Assembly (NCBI GenBank): GCA_043228905.1
Contig: JBHGNT010000012.1
Span: forward strand, 20,212,001 to 20,276,000
Length of the DNA: 64,000 bases
Reading direction: 5' to 3'
Origin: Azolla caroliniana
Taxonomy: Eukaryota > Plantae > Polypodiophyta
The notes beneath the pieces were generated by a model that was given only the letters and a program-made list of their open reading frames with translations, did not search any database and had not been told where the DNA came from. The stretch's first letter is position 1. Each line of letters begins with the position of its first letter. Shown piece after piece: positions 49,127 to 62,612 of this stretch. The translations under genes and the position numbers were made by a program.

Positions 49127-52100
49127 ATGGGTATTTGCTATAGCACAAAGACGTCTGAAGAAGAAGTAGATGAAGACAAAGAAGAAGAAGCTGAAGGAGA
49201 AGGAGAAGGAGAAGGAGAAGGAGATGGAGATGGAGATAATTATGATAAAGAAGAAGATCATGAAAGCTTAGAAGAAGGAGAAGGAAATGGAGATGGAGAT
49301 GGAGATAGAGGAGGATTTGCCATACCCTCGGAATTATTAAACCTAAAGAGTAATCAAATCCAAGAAACCATTGAATATGGGCGATCAGAAAAGCAGAGGA
49401 AATCTCCTTCCTCCTCCTCCTCCTCCTTCTTGAAACGGTCTTCACACTTCAGAGTATTTTCTTCTTCGTCGTCGCCATTCAGACCTTCACCATTCAGAGC
49501 TTCACCTGGAAATGGGTCCTCTGTTAATTGTATGAAAAGGCCATTTCCTCCGCCCTCTCCATCAAAACACATTCAAATAGCTCTGTTGAATCGCCATGGA
49601 ATTGAAACAGGTCTTCCGAAACTTGGATTGAGAACAGAAGAACAAAGTTATGAGTCGTTGTTTGGTTTTAGTAAGAACTTTAGCGTGAATTATGATATTG
49701 GCCAAGAGATTGGAAGAGGCCATTTTGGTCATACTTGTAGAGCTAAGATAAAGAAAGGTAGGATGAAAGGCCATGACGTTGCTGTGAAGGTTATCTCTAA
49801 AGCTAAGGTATGTGGTTTTCTTTCTTTGCTTAATATGCTTTTGGGTCTTTCCAACCCCCTCTATGAATTGATTCCATGGAGTTTTTGATGTGTATGCAAT
49901 TATGTTTTCATATTGAGGTTATGTTGTTTTTTCCTTTTCCACATTTAAGACCTTAGAGTATTGACGTGAATGATTTTTGTGTTGTTAGTTTTTTTGTTTT
50001 GTGGATAACCATATAAATTTTCTCCATTTGAAAGATCTTGTGTTGTTTGGTTGATGTCATATTGCATGTTTGGATGTGAAGAGCCTTGTGTGTTTTAATT
50101 GATTTACATTGTTTATTTTGATGTTGTGTATTTGATTGATTGAATTATGTGCTTTAAATCTTGTGTTGTTCAATGGGGTTATAATATTGTTTTCGTTACC
50201 CATGTATCTAAGAAAGGGAGCGTTTTTACATGAAGAATCTTGCATTGTTTGAATTGAGTTATATTCTATTTTTTATGTGAATGGCCTTGTTTTGAAAAGT
50301 CATTATTATTGTCTTCTTTAGCTATATATCTAAAAAGGCCAGAGCTTTGATGAATAATATTGTGTTGCTTTAATGAGTTATGTTGTGGCATATGAATGGT
50401 ACATGTGTTATTTGACACCTTTTCCTCTCTCAATCTTTCCAATTGTTGATCTCAACATATTTCTCTCTGTAATCCACCACAGATGACCACAGCTATTGCC
50501 ATTGATGATGTGAGAAGAGAGGTCAAGATATTGAGAGCCCTCTCTGGCCACAAAAACCTAATCCGATTCTATGATGCATATGAGGATGATTGGAACGTGT
50601 ACATGGTCATGGAGTAAGTTTGTGTGTTTGATAGAAGACTTTCAAATTTGAGTTCTCAATCTGATGAAATACTGGTGTAGTGTGGTTGTTTACTAATTTA
50701 TTTGGCACCTCTCTCTCTCTCTGTGCACAGATTATGTGAGGGCGGTGAGCTGCTCGATCGGATACTGGCAAGGTATTGTTGTACCATGGAATTAATTGTC
50801 ATTTACATGCTGATTTTACACTGGAAATCACTGGATTCCTGCAGATATTCTAGTGTGAGTCTCATGAGAGAACCAATTGTTAACACAAGTAATGCTATTT
50901 TTTAATACCCTTTGAATTAGATCTCACACACCAGAAAATTCATACTGATGCTCACGAACACGGGAAGATGCTGCACATTTGCTTACATTCATGCATTTGT
51001 GTTTCAGTGCTATCTACTTGCAGAGGATCTCAAATGGTATAGTTTTTTATTCATACAATCAATGTGTTTGTGCCTTCAGAGGTGGAAGATATTCTGAAGA
51101 AGAGGCGAAAGTCGTCATTGTGCAGATTTTGGATGTGGTGACGTTCTTTCATCTTCAAGGGGTTGTGCATCGTGATCTTAAACCAGAGGTACCTTACACT
51201 GATAATGGCTGCTCAAATAAAATTCTCCTAATCTTATATGTATCAAGTAAGCTTTTAATAACTGTATTTATATAACTTTCATCAACTATACATGCGTCAA
51301 GTAATCTTGTATTGATTGTATATGTACCAGAAAAGCTTCTGTTTATTTTATGCATATCAAGTGAACTTTTTGTTGAAGGTATATGTAATGCTTTCTGGAC
51401 TCTTGGAAAGGTTCTTGCCATTCCTAGTGAAATAGATAGATTTGTAATGGCTATTTGATATTTTTTAGCATGTGGGAAAGCATATGAAAACTATTCAGTT
51501 CGTGTACAGAACTTTTTATATACCACCAAGGAAGAGAATGCGAAGCTTAAGGTCATTGATTTTGGGCTATCTGATTTTGTGAGGCCAGGTGAAATAGAAG
51601 AGATCTTAAACCCATTATTGTCTTCTTAATCAAACCTACGTGAAAATGATCAAGCTTATTCGTGGTGCTCTTTTGCATATGTAGATGAGAGGTTGGATGA
51701 CATTGTTGGAAGTGCTTACTATGTTGCACCTGAGGTCCTTTGGAAGTCATATAGCATAGAAGCTGATGTATGGAGCATCGGTGTCATAACATATATTCTA
51801 CTATGTGGTAGTCGGCCATTTTGGGCACGTACAGAATCAGGCATATTCAGGTCGGTCTTGAAGACAGATCCAAGCTTCGATGAGGTGCCATGGCCTGCAA
51901 TATCGGATGATGCAAAGGATTTCGTAAAGCGTCTTCTGACAAAAAATCGGCACAAGAGAATGACAGCTGCTCAGGCACTGGGTAAGTCCTATCTTTGGCT
52001 TGTATGTAGCAACTGAAATTTTCTCTTCTACAACTTCACCTATATTTATGCCAAATCATAGCATATTATCAATGCATTATTGGGAACATAACATTTGAGT

Positions 52101-53775
52101 TACTGTAGCAAAATCTTTTTGTTCAATGTAGGAATGCCTGTTTTAAGGATTTTCAATATGAACTTAACTATGTGTATTTGTTCTTGTATTGGATCAGCAC
52201 ATCCCTGGGTTCGTGGATATAAAAGTATACCGCTTGATATATTGGTATTTAGATCTGTTAAATCTTACTTTTGCTCCTCAACTGTTAGACGAACAGCTCT
52301 GAAGGTAATGGATAAGAAATTCATCTCCCTTGACATGGTAGCATGTATGCATCTTTTTATGCCATATATATATCATAAACAAAAGTATCCAGTGATGAAC
52401 AAGAGGGGGTCCATAAAGTCTAATGAAGACAGGAATCCATCCTTCAAGCCATGAAACCCTGCAAGAACATTACTCTGAGCCAATGCCAATTTCTTTGTAG
52501 TTTGATGGTATTATTTGTTCTATTAACTTCCATGCAAGGAATATTTAGGGCTTTTATTTCGATATATGTATGTACAAAGTATTAAAATCTTGATTTGTAA
52601 CCTCTCCTATCGGTGTGCAGGCCTTCTCAAAAACATTGTCAGAAGATGGCTTGTTTTACTTACAAGCTCAGTTTCTTCTCTTGAGGCCCAGTAAAAATGG
52701 ACGAGTATCATTTGACAACTTCAAATCTGTGAGTGCTTGAGCATGACTGCATCTTTTTTGGATTATATTACGTGGGTGTGCAATATGTACCTTCAACTGT
52801 ATTTGATGAAATGTGATCATCACTAGCACAATCCTCACATACTCTATGCTTTTTTGGAAGTAGGCTCTTATGAAAAATGCAACAGAGGCGATGAACATAT
52901 CTAGGATACTTGAGATGATGGCATCGGTATGTATTTGGATGTTCGCTGTTTGTGTATCTATAGGTATGTCTATATATAGAGAAAAACTCCAAAGACATCC
53001 CTCACACTATTTGTTGGTATTTATCAGTATACCCATAGTTATTCCAAAAGTTGTGGTAGTTTATGTATGACAGAGGAGTACTTTTTGCAATTCTTCAAAA
53101 TGGAGAGGGTATATTTGGGTGGGTGATAGGCTTTGTGTGGATTGATGGCAGATGAATAAACTTCATTTCAAGATGGACTTTGAGGAGTTCTGTAGTGCAG
53201 CTATTAGCACACCTCAATTTGAAAGATGGGAGTGGCAAGTAGACAATGCCTATGAAATCTTCGAAGATGAAGGAAATCGGGTTGTGATGATTGAAGATCT
53301 TGCTAAGGTAAGATCTACATCTTACATGAATCAGTCATTAGATAATAAATTAGTAAAATCATACACACATATAGTAAAATAGCTAATATAAGGTATTCAG
53401 CATTTGTTCTTCTGATACAATAATAACTATCGTCTTGCTTGAATTGAACAATTTGACCATTCTTGAACAGTCTGACAAAAAGATACACCAATTTTTTATT
53501 ACTAAAAAATTGTGGTATTTGTTTTTCTTAATTTCCTTTGCCCATGAAAATTCAGCCAATTAGATTACTAGAGAAACAAAGCAAAGTCCCAAATTTTTCT
53601 CCCACACTTAATGGGCATTTGACATTTTGCATTGCTTCAGGAACTCGGTGTACCATCCACGCTACCAGCACACCTGGTTTTACGTGATTGGGTTCGGCAT
53701 AATGATGGGAAATTGAGTTTTTTTGCTTTCAAAAACTTGCTCTTAGGAATGTTGCCACAAAGTAGACCTTGCTAA
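49127..53775 (+). CDS. CRK: CDPK-related protein kinase (CRK family), 11 exons, ~635 aa
   Basis: Exons: 49127-49807, 50483-50613, 50731-50772, 51080-51188, 51510-51588, 51685-51981, 52198-52304, 52621-52728, 52864-52926, 53152-53307, 53641-53775 (all GT-AG, 1908 nt). N-terminus MGICYS (myristoylation/palmitoylation-type). CRK hallmarks: [101 protein letters not shown], and degenerate EF-hands MDFEEFC and [12 protein letters not shown]. Confidence 0.95.
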
Positions 53776-56559
53776 TACTATATATCTACCTATCTATATA
53801 TATGGTTATTGCTTCTAAATGGGGATATATAACTACACTTGGATAAGCTGCACAACTTCCTAGTGGCTAACCAATTGTTACCTAGTGGAGATATATAACT
53901 TAATTTGGATAAGCTTTGCCCAGATTGTACTTAACTAACCACTTGCTACTAAATAACTTCATCAGGACAAGCTCCCCCATTTTGTAGTTAATTAACCAGA
54001 TATTGTTGCTAAATGGAGACATAGAACTAAATTTGGAGATGCTGCCCAATTTGTAAATAATTAACTGAATTGGTTGGTAAATAGAGGTACACAAATAACT
54101 TCATTTTTAACCAGATTGTTTCTAAATGGAGCTATACAATTAACTCCATTTTTTGTTGAGAAGTTGTTGCTAAATGGAAATATGTTAACTTCAGTACTCC
54201 CTCGACTTCAGGATATGATCAGACATAGCATTCCCATTACATTGCGAAATTTGCATTGGATTACTCCCAAAGAGCTTCTTTGTCAAGTGGTTTTGTTGAA
54301 TTTGAGGTTTTCACACATTGGCAAGATCATCACAAGTTTTTCCTTTCATTCAATATTGCAGAAAACCATCCTGGGAGCCTAGAACTCTTGAATTTTTATA
54401 CAATTCCAAGAGTTTTCTCTACATCCTTTATATTCATTATTTTCCTTCTAATTTGGCTATTTATTTACATACCCAAACTAAATCCACAAATTTACTCGTA
54501 CTAATCACTGACAATGAAGATACTATTATGAAAATATGAAAGATTAGCCAGATGTTGCTAGTTATTTGATAAGCAATTACACCCCTCAGCTGAGTGAGAA
54601 GATGAGGGTGAGAAGCATTATGATGTAACCAATGGTTAAGGATTTTGTATATTAAAGAAAAAATGTGATCAAGTAAAGAATTTTTTTAAATGAAAAATAA
54701 AAAAATATGCTATGACAATAATAAATTCTATATTTAAAAATAAGAAAACAAATGTATTTAATAAAAAAACAAGCGAAATTATGAGATTGAGCATATGTAT
54801 GGATAACTTTGAAAAGAAAAAAGAAAAAGAAAAAATCAACTAAAAGAGATCCATATTTAATGAACGGAAAATCACAAAATTGAATGAAAATCATCTTTGT
54901 GGAGTCTTTGATGGTAAATTTGAACTCATCTTTCTTTTATGCCCAAGGTTTACTTGAAATGTGATCAAATGTGAACATTTGACTCAACATTGAAATGTTT
55001 GCCCTCAAGAACCTAGGGTTGATTTTGGCATCATCTTCAACAAAATTATTACAATTACCATCATGACCTTGCAACTTGTCGGAAAAAATGGGCTTATTCT
55101 TGGACAATTTTAGCTATAGTATGGATGGAGAGAAATAAACATGAGGTGCATTTCCCACCTTGGTCTCAAAAGCTTATATATTCTATGTGAGTAGGTAGAT
55201 AGAGGATATTTTTAGTGTGGAATCTTAAAGTTACACCACTTGTGCCCTAGTCTAAGACTTTGACAATAAAATAGTCTTAAGGCATGGCAATAAGGTAGGG
55301 TGATGACATCAAGTATAGTTGAATAGATAGTAGCTAGCTTCAAAAAACCTTGCCCTGCTATTTGTCAATATTATGGAACAAATGATGGTGCAATTTGAAG
55401 TACACTTTCGTGTTCAACTATGCCTCCTACAAAGAGCCTCTTGTAAGGGATAGGTTGATTGGTGGAGCTCATGTTCTTGAAGGCAAACTTTATAACAAAA
55501 GTACACTAGTGAGTGTAGTATGTGTGATGAATAGCCTCTAGATTGAGAGGATATGGCATGATTGCACCAATGAAACCAATGGCATAAAACGAATAATACT
55601 CGCCTTGAAGAACAACATGGATGGGTGCAAGGAGTTTGGACATATTTTGATATGGTAGATGATGTATATAGCTTGCATATAAAATTGTTGGAATTAAGTT
55701 GTAGAGGTTTAGGAATATATTGGGTTATTCCAAAAGCTCATATTTAAAAAGTATGTGGCATAGGTAGGCCAATATTGAAAGTGTCATTTCATAACAAACA
55801 TCTTGATCTTATGAACTTTCTCAAGGTAATGACATGACACTAAATAGGCCAATAAGATGGTTGTACTGCTAATTACGCAAGTCTTTCTCGTCCAAATATG
55901 CAAATGCATTACATACTGTTACTAAGTATTAATAACATGCATATTTGTATGATAGATGTTATAATTGTGTTATGTTTATGACTTTGCCACAAGGCATTGA
56001 GTGTTGTTGGGATGTATGCAAATTACAATGCCCCATATCTTTTTCGAAGGTTGTCATTCTTTTTTCAATAAAGACACCAACCTCTAGGGAAGCTGTACTC
56101 CTAATAATATATAAGCCTACACTATATTGTCCACATGCTCAATTGGAGGGTCGATCTAGAGTCATCGAATATCTCCATGGACGATATCTCTATGACAAAG
56201 ATCACAAGTCTTGGATTGGTGTGACTTTGGAAAATGTCCTACGTCAAGAAAAGACAAAGAAGATTTCGAGGGTCAGCCTAGTGCATCGTAGGTCCGTATT
56301 CGAGTTAAGAAGGAGAAGACGCGCTAGCAAGTGAAGAAAAGTGAATTCGAGAAAAGTGAAAATTTAACTCTATAGAAGGAAGGGGCGGGGTGCTTTACTC
56401 TACCGATCTATCATGAGGGAGTGATATATGTATGTATGTATGTATGTAAGTGAGTGAGCGCATTGAAACGAAACAAACTCTTATGTGTGTGTGTTAGTTG
56501 TGGGTGTTGTTGGGGTTGATTTTGGGGGAAATATATGCATATAAACATAATTTCATAAA

Positions 56560-56730
<171 letters not shown>

Positions 56731-56864
56731 CATTATATGTATGTAATGTATAACAAATTGTTTATTTCTTTATTTCATAAATATGTTTTTAAAAGGTGAG
56801 TGTTTTATTTAGGTGGAGAGGAAATAAAAGGTTGGAGAGAGAGAAAGAAAGAAATATTAACGTC

Positions 56865-56914
<50 letters not shown>

Positions 56915-57174
56915 GGAAGATTTGGTGGGGATGCTCCCAGCAGGGGGGCACGGGAGGGGGGGGGGGGATGGGCGTCAGATTTGACGGCCGTTTAGACGGC
57001 CGACGCTTCGGCTTCCATAACGGCCCCCCCTCAAACGTTGACGGCGCTTGCAGCTGCCGTTATAAAAAAAAAAAACACATCAATCAAAATAATAATAAAC
57101 ATTTTGCCCACGTGCTTTAAAAAGTGGTGATGTTTTGGAGGAGAGAAGGAAAAAAAAAACGATCCTATTATTAA

Positions 57175-57205
<31 letters not shown>

Positions 57206-57413
57206 AACAATTTTGCACTTTATTTATTTTCCACATTATTGGGGTGTGTGTGTGTGTGTGTGTGTATTGTATGTGTATGTGTGCATTGTGCATGTATGTA
57301 TGTATGTATTGTATATGTATGCATGTATGCATGTATCCATGTATGTTGTATTGAATATTTATTTATGTATGTATGTATGTAATGGATGTATCGTAGGTAG
57401 GTTAGGTCGGTAG

Positions 57414-57460
<47 letters not shown>

Positions 57461-58413
57461 CTCATGTACGTGCATATAGTTGCTAGTAGGGCTAGGCCTC
57501 GATGGTGAGTGTTTCTTTTGGTGATCTTTAAGGTTTTTTTTTGCTACGGGGTCATTGAGGCGATGGAACATACCGTATGATTGTTGTGCCCTTAGTGCGA
57601 CCACATTTAGAGAGTTGTGAATTGGCAAGCCGGATAGTTAAAGAGCTACACCTTTCAGGCAGAACATTCGATCATGCATGCCATTTAAAACCCCTAAACC
57701 CTGGACGTTAAATGGAACATTTGAGGCTTCATTCGCACATGCGTGCATTGTGCAGGTATGTTTGTAGTTGAACCAACTGCAACGCTATCAAAGTGTTGGT
57801 TTAGAATACATGCAGGCGAACATTTTTGGATGAGAGAATTCACATTCTCGAAAGAGGGTGCTTCGGATGCCCGAAACGGATACGATAACAGGAGCATTCT
57901 GGCCGAAGGCTTTCACGGGCACTACATGTGTGAGGACGAAGCATAATTCGAGAACAAAAGACAAGGCTTGAGAAAGTCTTGACGGCATGAGTTGTGTGTC
58001 ATGTGGATTGCTAGAGTACATAAGGTGGTAGTCGACAACGGCGAGGGGTCCATCTCTTTTCTTTTCTTTTTGGACCCCCTCTATCCGCGTAATAGATTTC
58101 ATTCTTAATATATATATATATCTTTACATATACACATAGATATGATCTCTCCCTCCTTATCCTAGTCCTTGGTGTATATCTTATGGGATCCTTGGGGTTC
58201 TTTAAGTTTTCTTTCTTTCTTCAATTCCTTCTTCCAATTTACATCTGTGGCCCCTTGACTTTTGGGGGCATTAAGGCAGGGAAAGGGTTTTGTAACGCCC
58301 AACTCCACTGAAGAAGCTCTTTTAAATGGGGGAAACCTCCAATATATATATATATATATATATAATGCATGCAACCCAAGAGGGAACAACACTACCTTGT
58401 GTCTCTTCCCATC

Positions 58414-58467
<54 letters not shown>

Positions 58468-58722
58468 CACATCACATATATAGTTGTACCCACACCCCCC
58501 CCCTTCATTGTCTCCTAAGTAGCCCACATTCTCTTCACAATCATCATTTTCTTCTTCTTCTTCTTCTTTTTCACTACTACACTCTTTAGTTCCTCTACTT
58601 GTCCCCATTGTTTCTTCTTCTTCTTCACTACACACTCTTTAGTTCCTCTACATTGTGTCCCCATTTGTTTGGCCTCATCATTAGCATATATTCTCTCTAT
58701 CTTAGGTTACTACAGTACACCA

Positions 58723-60036
58723 ATGGCTCCCTCATCTTGTCCTCGGGATCCCTCGACCCGCTTCTCCAAGAATCGGCTAACGGGCCATACCTGTCATTTC
58801 TCTCCACGGGCTCCTTCGCCCCCGCCCCGACCCCGACCCCGACGCGGTGTCCACATCATCCACATAAAAGGCCCTAGGGTCGTCACGACCGACCCACGAA
58901 ACTTCCGTAGCCTCGTCCAAAACCTCACCGGCTTGAAAGCTCCGAGTAAACCGAATTCCTCGGCACCCCACCACCCCGTGGACAAACAATTGTCGGTGAC
59001 ATCTACAACCCCATCACCAATGTCTAACGAATATCCGCAGTTAATGCCATCATTATCAAAACAAGAATCGCCCATCACAACTACAAATAAGCCAATTATA
59101 CCTCCATCTCCATCTCCATCTCCATCTCCATTCAATTCCATTTCCTCCTTTTCTAGCCAACCAATGGATCACAACATATGCCCTAATCATAACACAAACA
59201 ATGTTTTCATTAGTTTCCAACCTAATCATCTCCACATGGGCTTAAACAATCCATCCAATCCCAATATTAACAACATTGCTCCTCTTAGTGAACCAATAAC
59301 TCCTCATCTTCCTTTGCTACTAACTCCTCTGGCTTTTCAAGAGCAATTGCAACAAATTAACAACAACATTAATAAAATCCCCAACAACAATAGTAATAAT
59401 CTTCACTCTCCTAATACTAACCATTCTAATCCACATCATGTGAACCATGATCTTGATACGGCCTTCCTAATATGTGATGATGATCATGAATTGGGCTTCT
59501 CTACATCAACACCCAACATAGTAGACTGCATTGAGATGAACACATCCCTAAATAGTATGGGTAGCTCTCCAACCAATTCTTTAGTATTCTATGGTCCAGA
59601 CAATTCTAGTAGTAGTAGCACTAGTTCTAGCACTAATGAGCTAAATGTAGAGAATTACAATTATAGCCCAACAATGGCTAGTCCAAGTACAAGACTGGAT
59701 GATGATGATGGTGATGATCATGAGCATGACAATGATGAGAGCACCACAGAGTGGGACATTATCTATGGACTCTTATGTGATATTCCCACCAACATTGGCA
59801 ACAACAACAACATCTATAACCCAACTATTCCTTCCCTTCAATGTAACTTCAATGTCACTACTACTAGAGACTTCACCACCCCTTGTAGTACCACTAACTT
59901 TGGCCCTAGAGACTTCGCCACCCCTAGTGGTTGTCCCTCGTTCACATCCTTGGTCCCTACTTTAAAAGCCCATGAGAACACCATCACGAGTTGTCACTAC
60001 TACTCGAGCCGGAACATCCCCGCTCGATTTTTGTAG
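58723..60036 (+). CDS. VQ motif-containing protein (intronless, ~437 aa)
   Basis: The open frame from ATG 58723 contains IIHIKGPRVVTTDPRNFRSLVQNLTG (the FxxxVQxLTG VQ motif), followed by a long low-complexity S/N/P-rich tail. TATA-like runs lie upstream (~58343). Confidence 0.9.
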   Translation: MAPSSCPRDPSTRFSKNRLTGHTCHFSPRAPSPPPRPRPRRGVHIIHIKGPRVVTTDPRNFRSLVQNLTGLKAPSKPNSSAPHHPVDKQLSVTSTTPSPMSNEYPQLMPSLSKQESPITTTNKPIIPPSPSPSPSPFNSISSFSSQPMDHNICPNHNTNNVFISFQPNHLHMGLNNPSNPNINNIAPLSEPITPHLPLLLTPLAFQEQLQQINNNINKIPNNNSNNLHSPNTNHSNPHHVNHDLDTAFLICDDDHELGFSTSTPNIVDCIEMNTSLNSMGSSPTNSLVFYGPDNSSSSSTSSSTNELNVENYNYSPTMASPSTRLDDDDGDDHEHDNDESTTEWDIIYGLLCDIPTNIGNNNNIYNPTIPSLQCNFNVTTTRDFTTPCSTTNFGPRDFATPSGCPSFTSLVPTLKAHENTITSCHYYSSRNIPARFL

Positions 60037-62276
60037 CCTTCGATTCATTAGTTCATTGGTAATTGAAAGCAATACTCAATTAACTTAAAATTCTGCCATG
60101 AACTCTCCCCTCTCTTGTGTCTTATGTCTTGGTGGGTGGGGGTGACACTTGGATCATTGGTTCATACCCCCCGTTGGTATTATAATTGGTGACACATATT
60201 CCAAGACACTTTTGCATACACATTCATAGGTCCATCACACAAGTTATGGATTTGTTTTTCATTCTAAATCTCGACATCCAATGGCAATGGCCATATATAT
60301 AGTTACATCAAACTTTTTATAAAGCTTGAGTTTAATTGGTTAAAATGCACACTCAAAAGCCTAGTTTTGATCTTTTATTCACGATGCTCCTATTTAAAAG
60401 ATGGAATTTAAGGTTTCCTTACCATTATTCCACAAATGCGCGTGAACTTTATCGCCATACGTTATTCATCCTTGGTACTGACTTTCATGTTGAATAAATT
60501 CACGAAGTTTATGTGATGATCAAAGTCTATCCAACTTTAGCCAAAGATAATCCATTTGTCATGGAAGCTTACTTACAAAAACCTTTATTATAAAGTCTAC
60601 TAAGTTGAGGGAGCAAAGCTTAAATATATAAAAGTTTATGAATCATTGTACATATTTGAGAATAAAGTCACTTGATTGAGTAAAAGTCTTTAATCCTTAA
60701 AGAAACAACATAAAGATATCTTCCTCCATTTCAAGGCATGTTATTTTTCCTTTTAAAAAACAGCCTATTTGTTAGATTTCTTCAATGGTTTTGTCACTTG
60801 TGTTCATGATACAATAACCTTGCATAATGCACATCGAGGCTTTCATCACTTGTGACTCCCATACGTCAAATAGAAGAAGATATATGTCAAAAAGAAGATA
60901 CTCCAGTTGTGCCTAGTGATGTATAGTAGGGCCTTATATTTACCATACTAGATTGAGGCCCACATGCAATATGGACTAGAGGTCATATTTCTACATACTT
61001 TGTATCATCCCTACAACTCTTCACAAATGAACAATTACTTGTATTAACTCTCGTAATGTAAACAAAAACATGTGTGCTCCGGTATAGATTACACAAGCTT
61101 CGAACCCATACATACATATATATAGCCTCTTTAAATGAGTACACTAGGATATACTCATTTGGATTCGCCGATCAATGCCATTGGGATGTAGCTTAAGGCT
61201 TAGTCATGAATTGTAAAATATAATGACATATAGTTACAATATTGCAAAGAAAACATATGTGATGTGTGGAGGAAATATAATTATAAATTGTTCTCTCAAC
61301 TCACACCCCATCCCACAAGCATTAATCTTCTTCGCTCTTTTGGTTTTCACAAAGCACGACTATTCTTTCCTAGGAAGTTTAAATGTGTCTCTAGCAAGTC
61401 CAAGGACAATCCTAGTGTTCTCAGTGTAGAGAGTTTCCAATCCACTTAGTGCGGTTCATGCATAATTTCTCTTTCCAAATCATTCACCTCTTTTCCATGT
61501 AAGTGTAAGTCTTGAAGTAGAAACAAGCAAGTGCCACCATAGTTATCCGGGACAATTTTGCTATAAGTTGATCATTGTGCATTAATGCACCCCATGTTCA
61601 TCGAAGGACACACCTCAAGTTAGGAATATTTTCAAAGCAAGCAACTTATAATAACATCACCTAGCCTCGTGTCCCATCTCTAGAGGCTTTGAACTATTTC
61701 TTAGATGTCTTACATGTTTCGATGTACATGAAACCAAAACACAACTTCCTCACTGAAATCATGCATATGAAATGATCATGATCACATGACAAGATACAAT
61801 CATCCAATGCAATGAAGTTATAGTTAACGAAGAAATTTGATTATTTTTCTTTGTGTGCACATATCTATATATGTCAAGTTAGCATTTAGATCAAAGCATT
61901 TGTATGACAAAAGAACTCGTATACCAAGTGTCGTGCCATGGCTACTAACCTCCGAGGGCCTGCTTTACTATATGTAGTTGTGTCTTTCGTGTAGAGTACA
62001 TATGTGTATACTAATTTGCTTGTACCACGAGTTGGGCAGATGTATTTAATATGTACTCCAAATCACTTCTATACTTTCCATGAGAACTTAATTAGCTTTC
62101 TTGTTGGCATTCTAGATCCAAACTCAGCTTGGTGTGAAATGGCTTTCATACTTTCTTATGGTGGTCACTACCTTAGGGTTTTAAAAAAACTTTAATTCCT
62201 GACCTAGAAGGAGATGATCATTTCCCCTGGTTTGCTCCTAACTTATATGCATGCATTCATTCTCCACAATTAGGCT

Positions 62277-62612
62277 GCTATCATACCAATCCAATTGATC
62301 CTGTAATGGAAACCATGGGGAATTTCATTTTTGGTATTGTATGATGTAGAAGAGATTAATTCTTAGTTTGTTGATAATGCAGGAGTTAATCTATCATACC
62401 GATCCAAATGATTCATGTAATGGAAACCATGGGGAATTTCAATTTTGGTATTGTATGATGTAGAAGAGATTAATTCTTGGTTTGTTGATAATGCAGGAGG
62501 AGTTACCCTATCATACCGATCCAATTGATCATGTAATGGAAACCATGGGGAATTTCATTTTTGGTATTTCTATGATGTAGAATCTGAGATTAAATCCTGG
62601 TTTGTTGATGAG
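62277..62612. repeat. ~115-bp tandem repeat, 3 copies
   Basis: CTATCATACC..TCCAATTGATC.TGTAATGGAAACCATGGGGAATTTCA..TTTGGTATT.TATGATGTAGAA occurs near 62278, 62391 and 62508. Confidence 0.9.
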
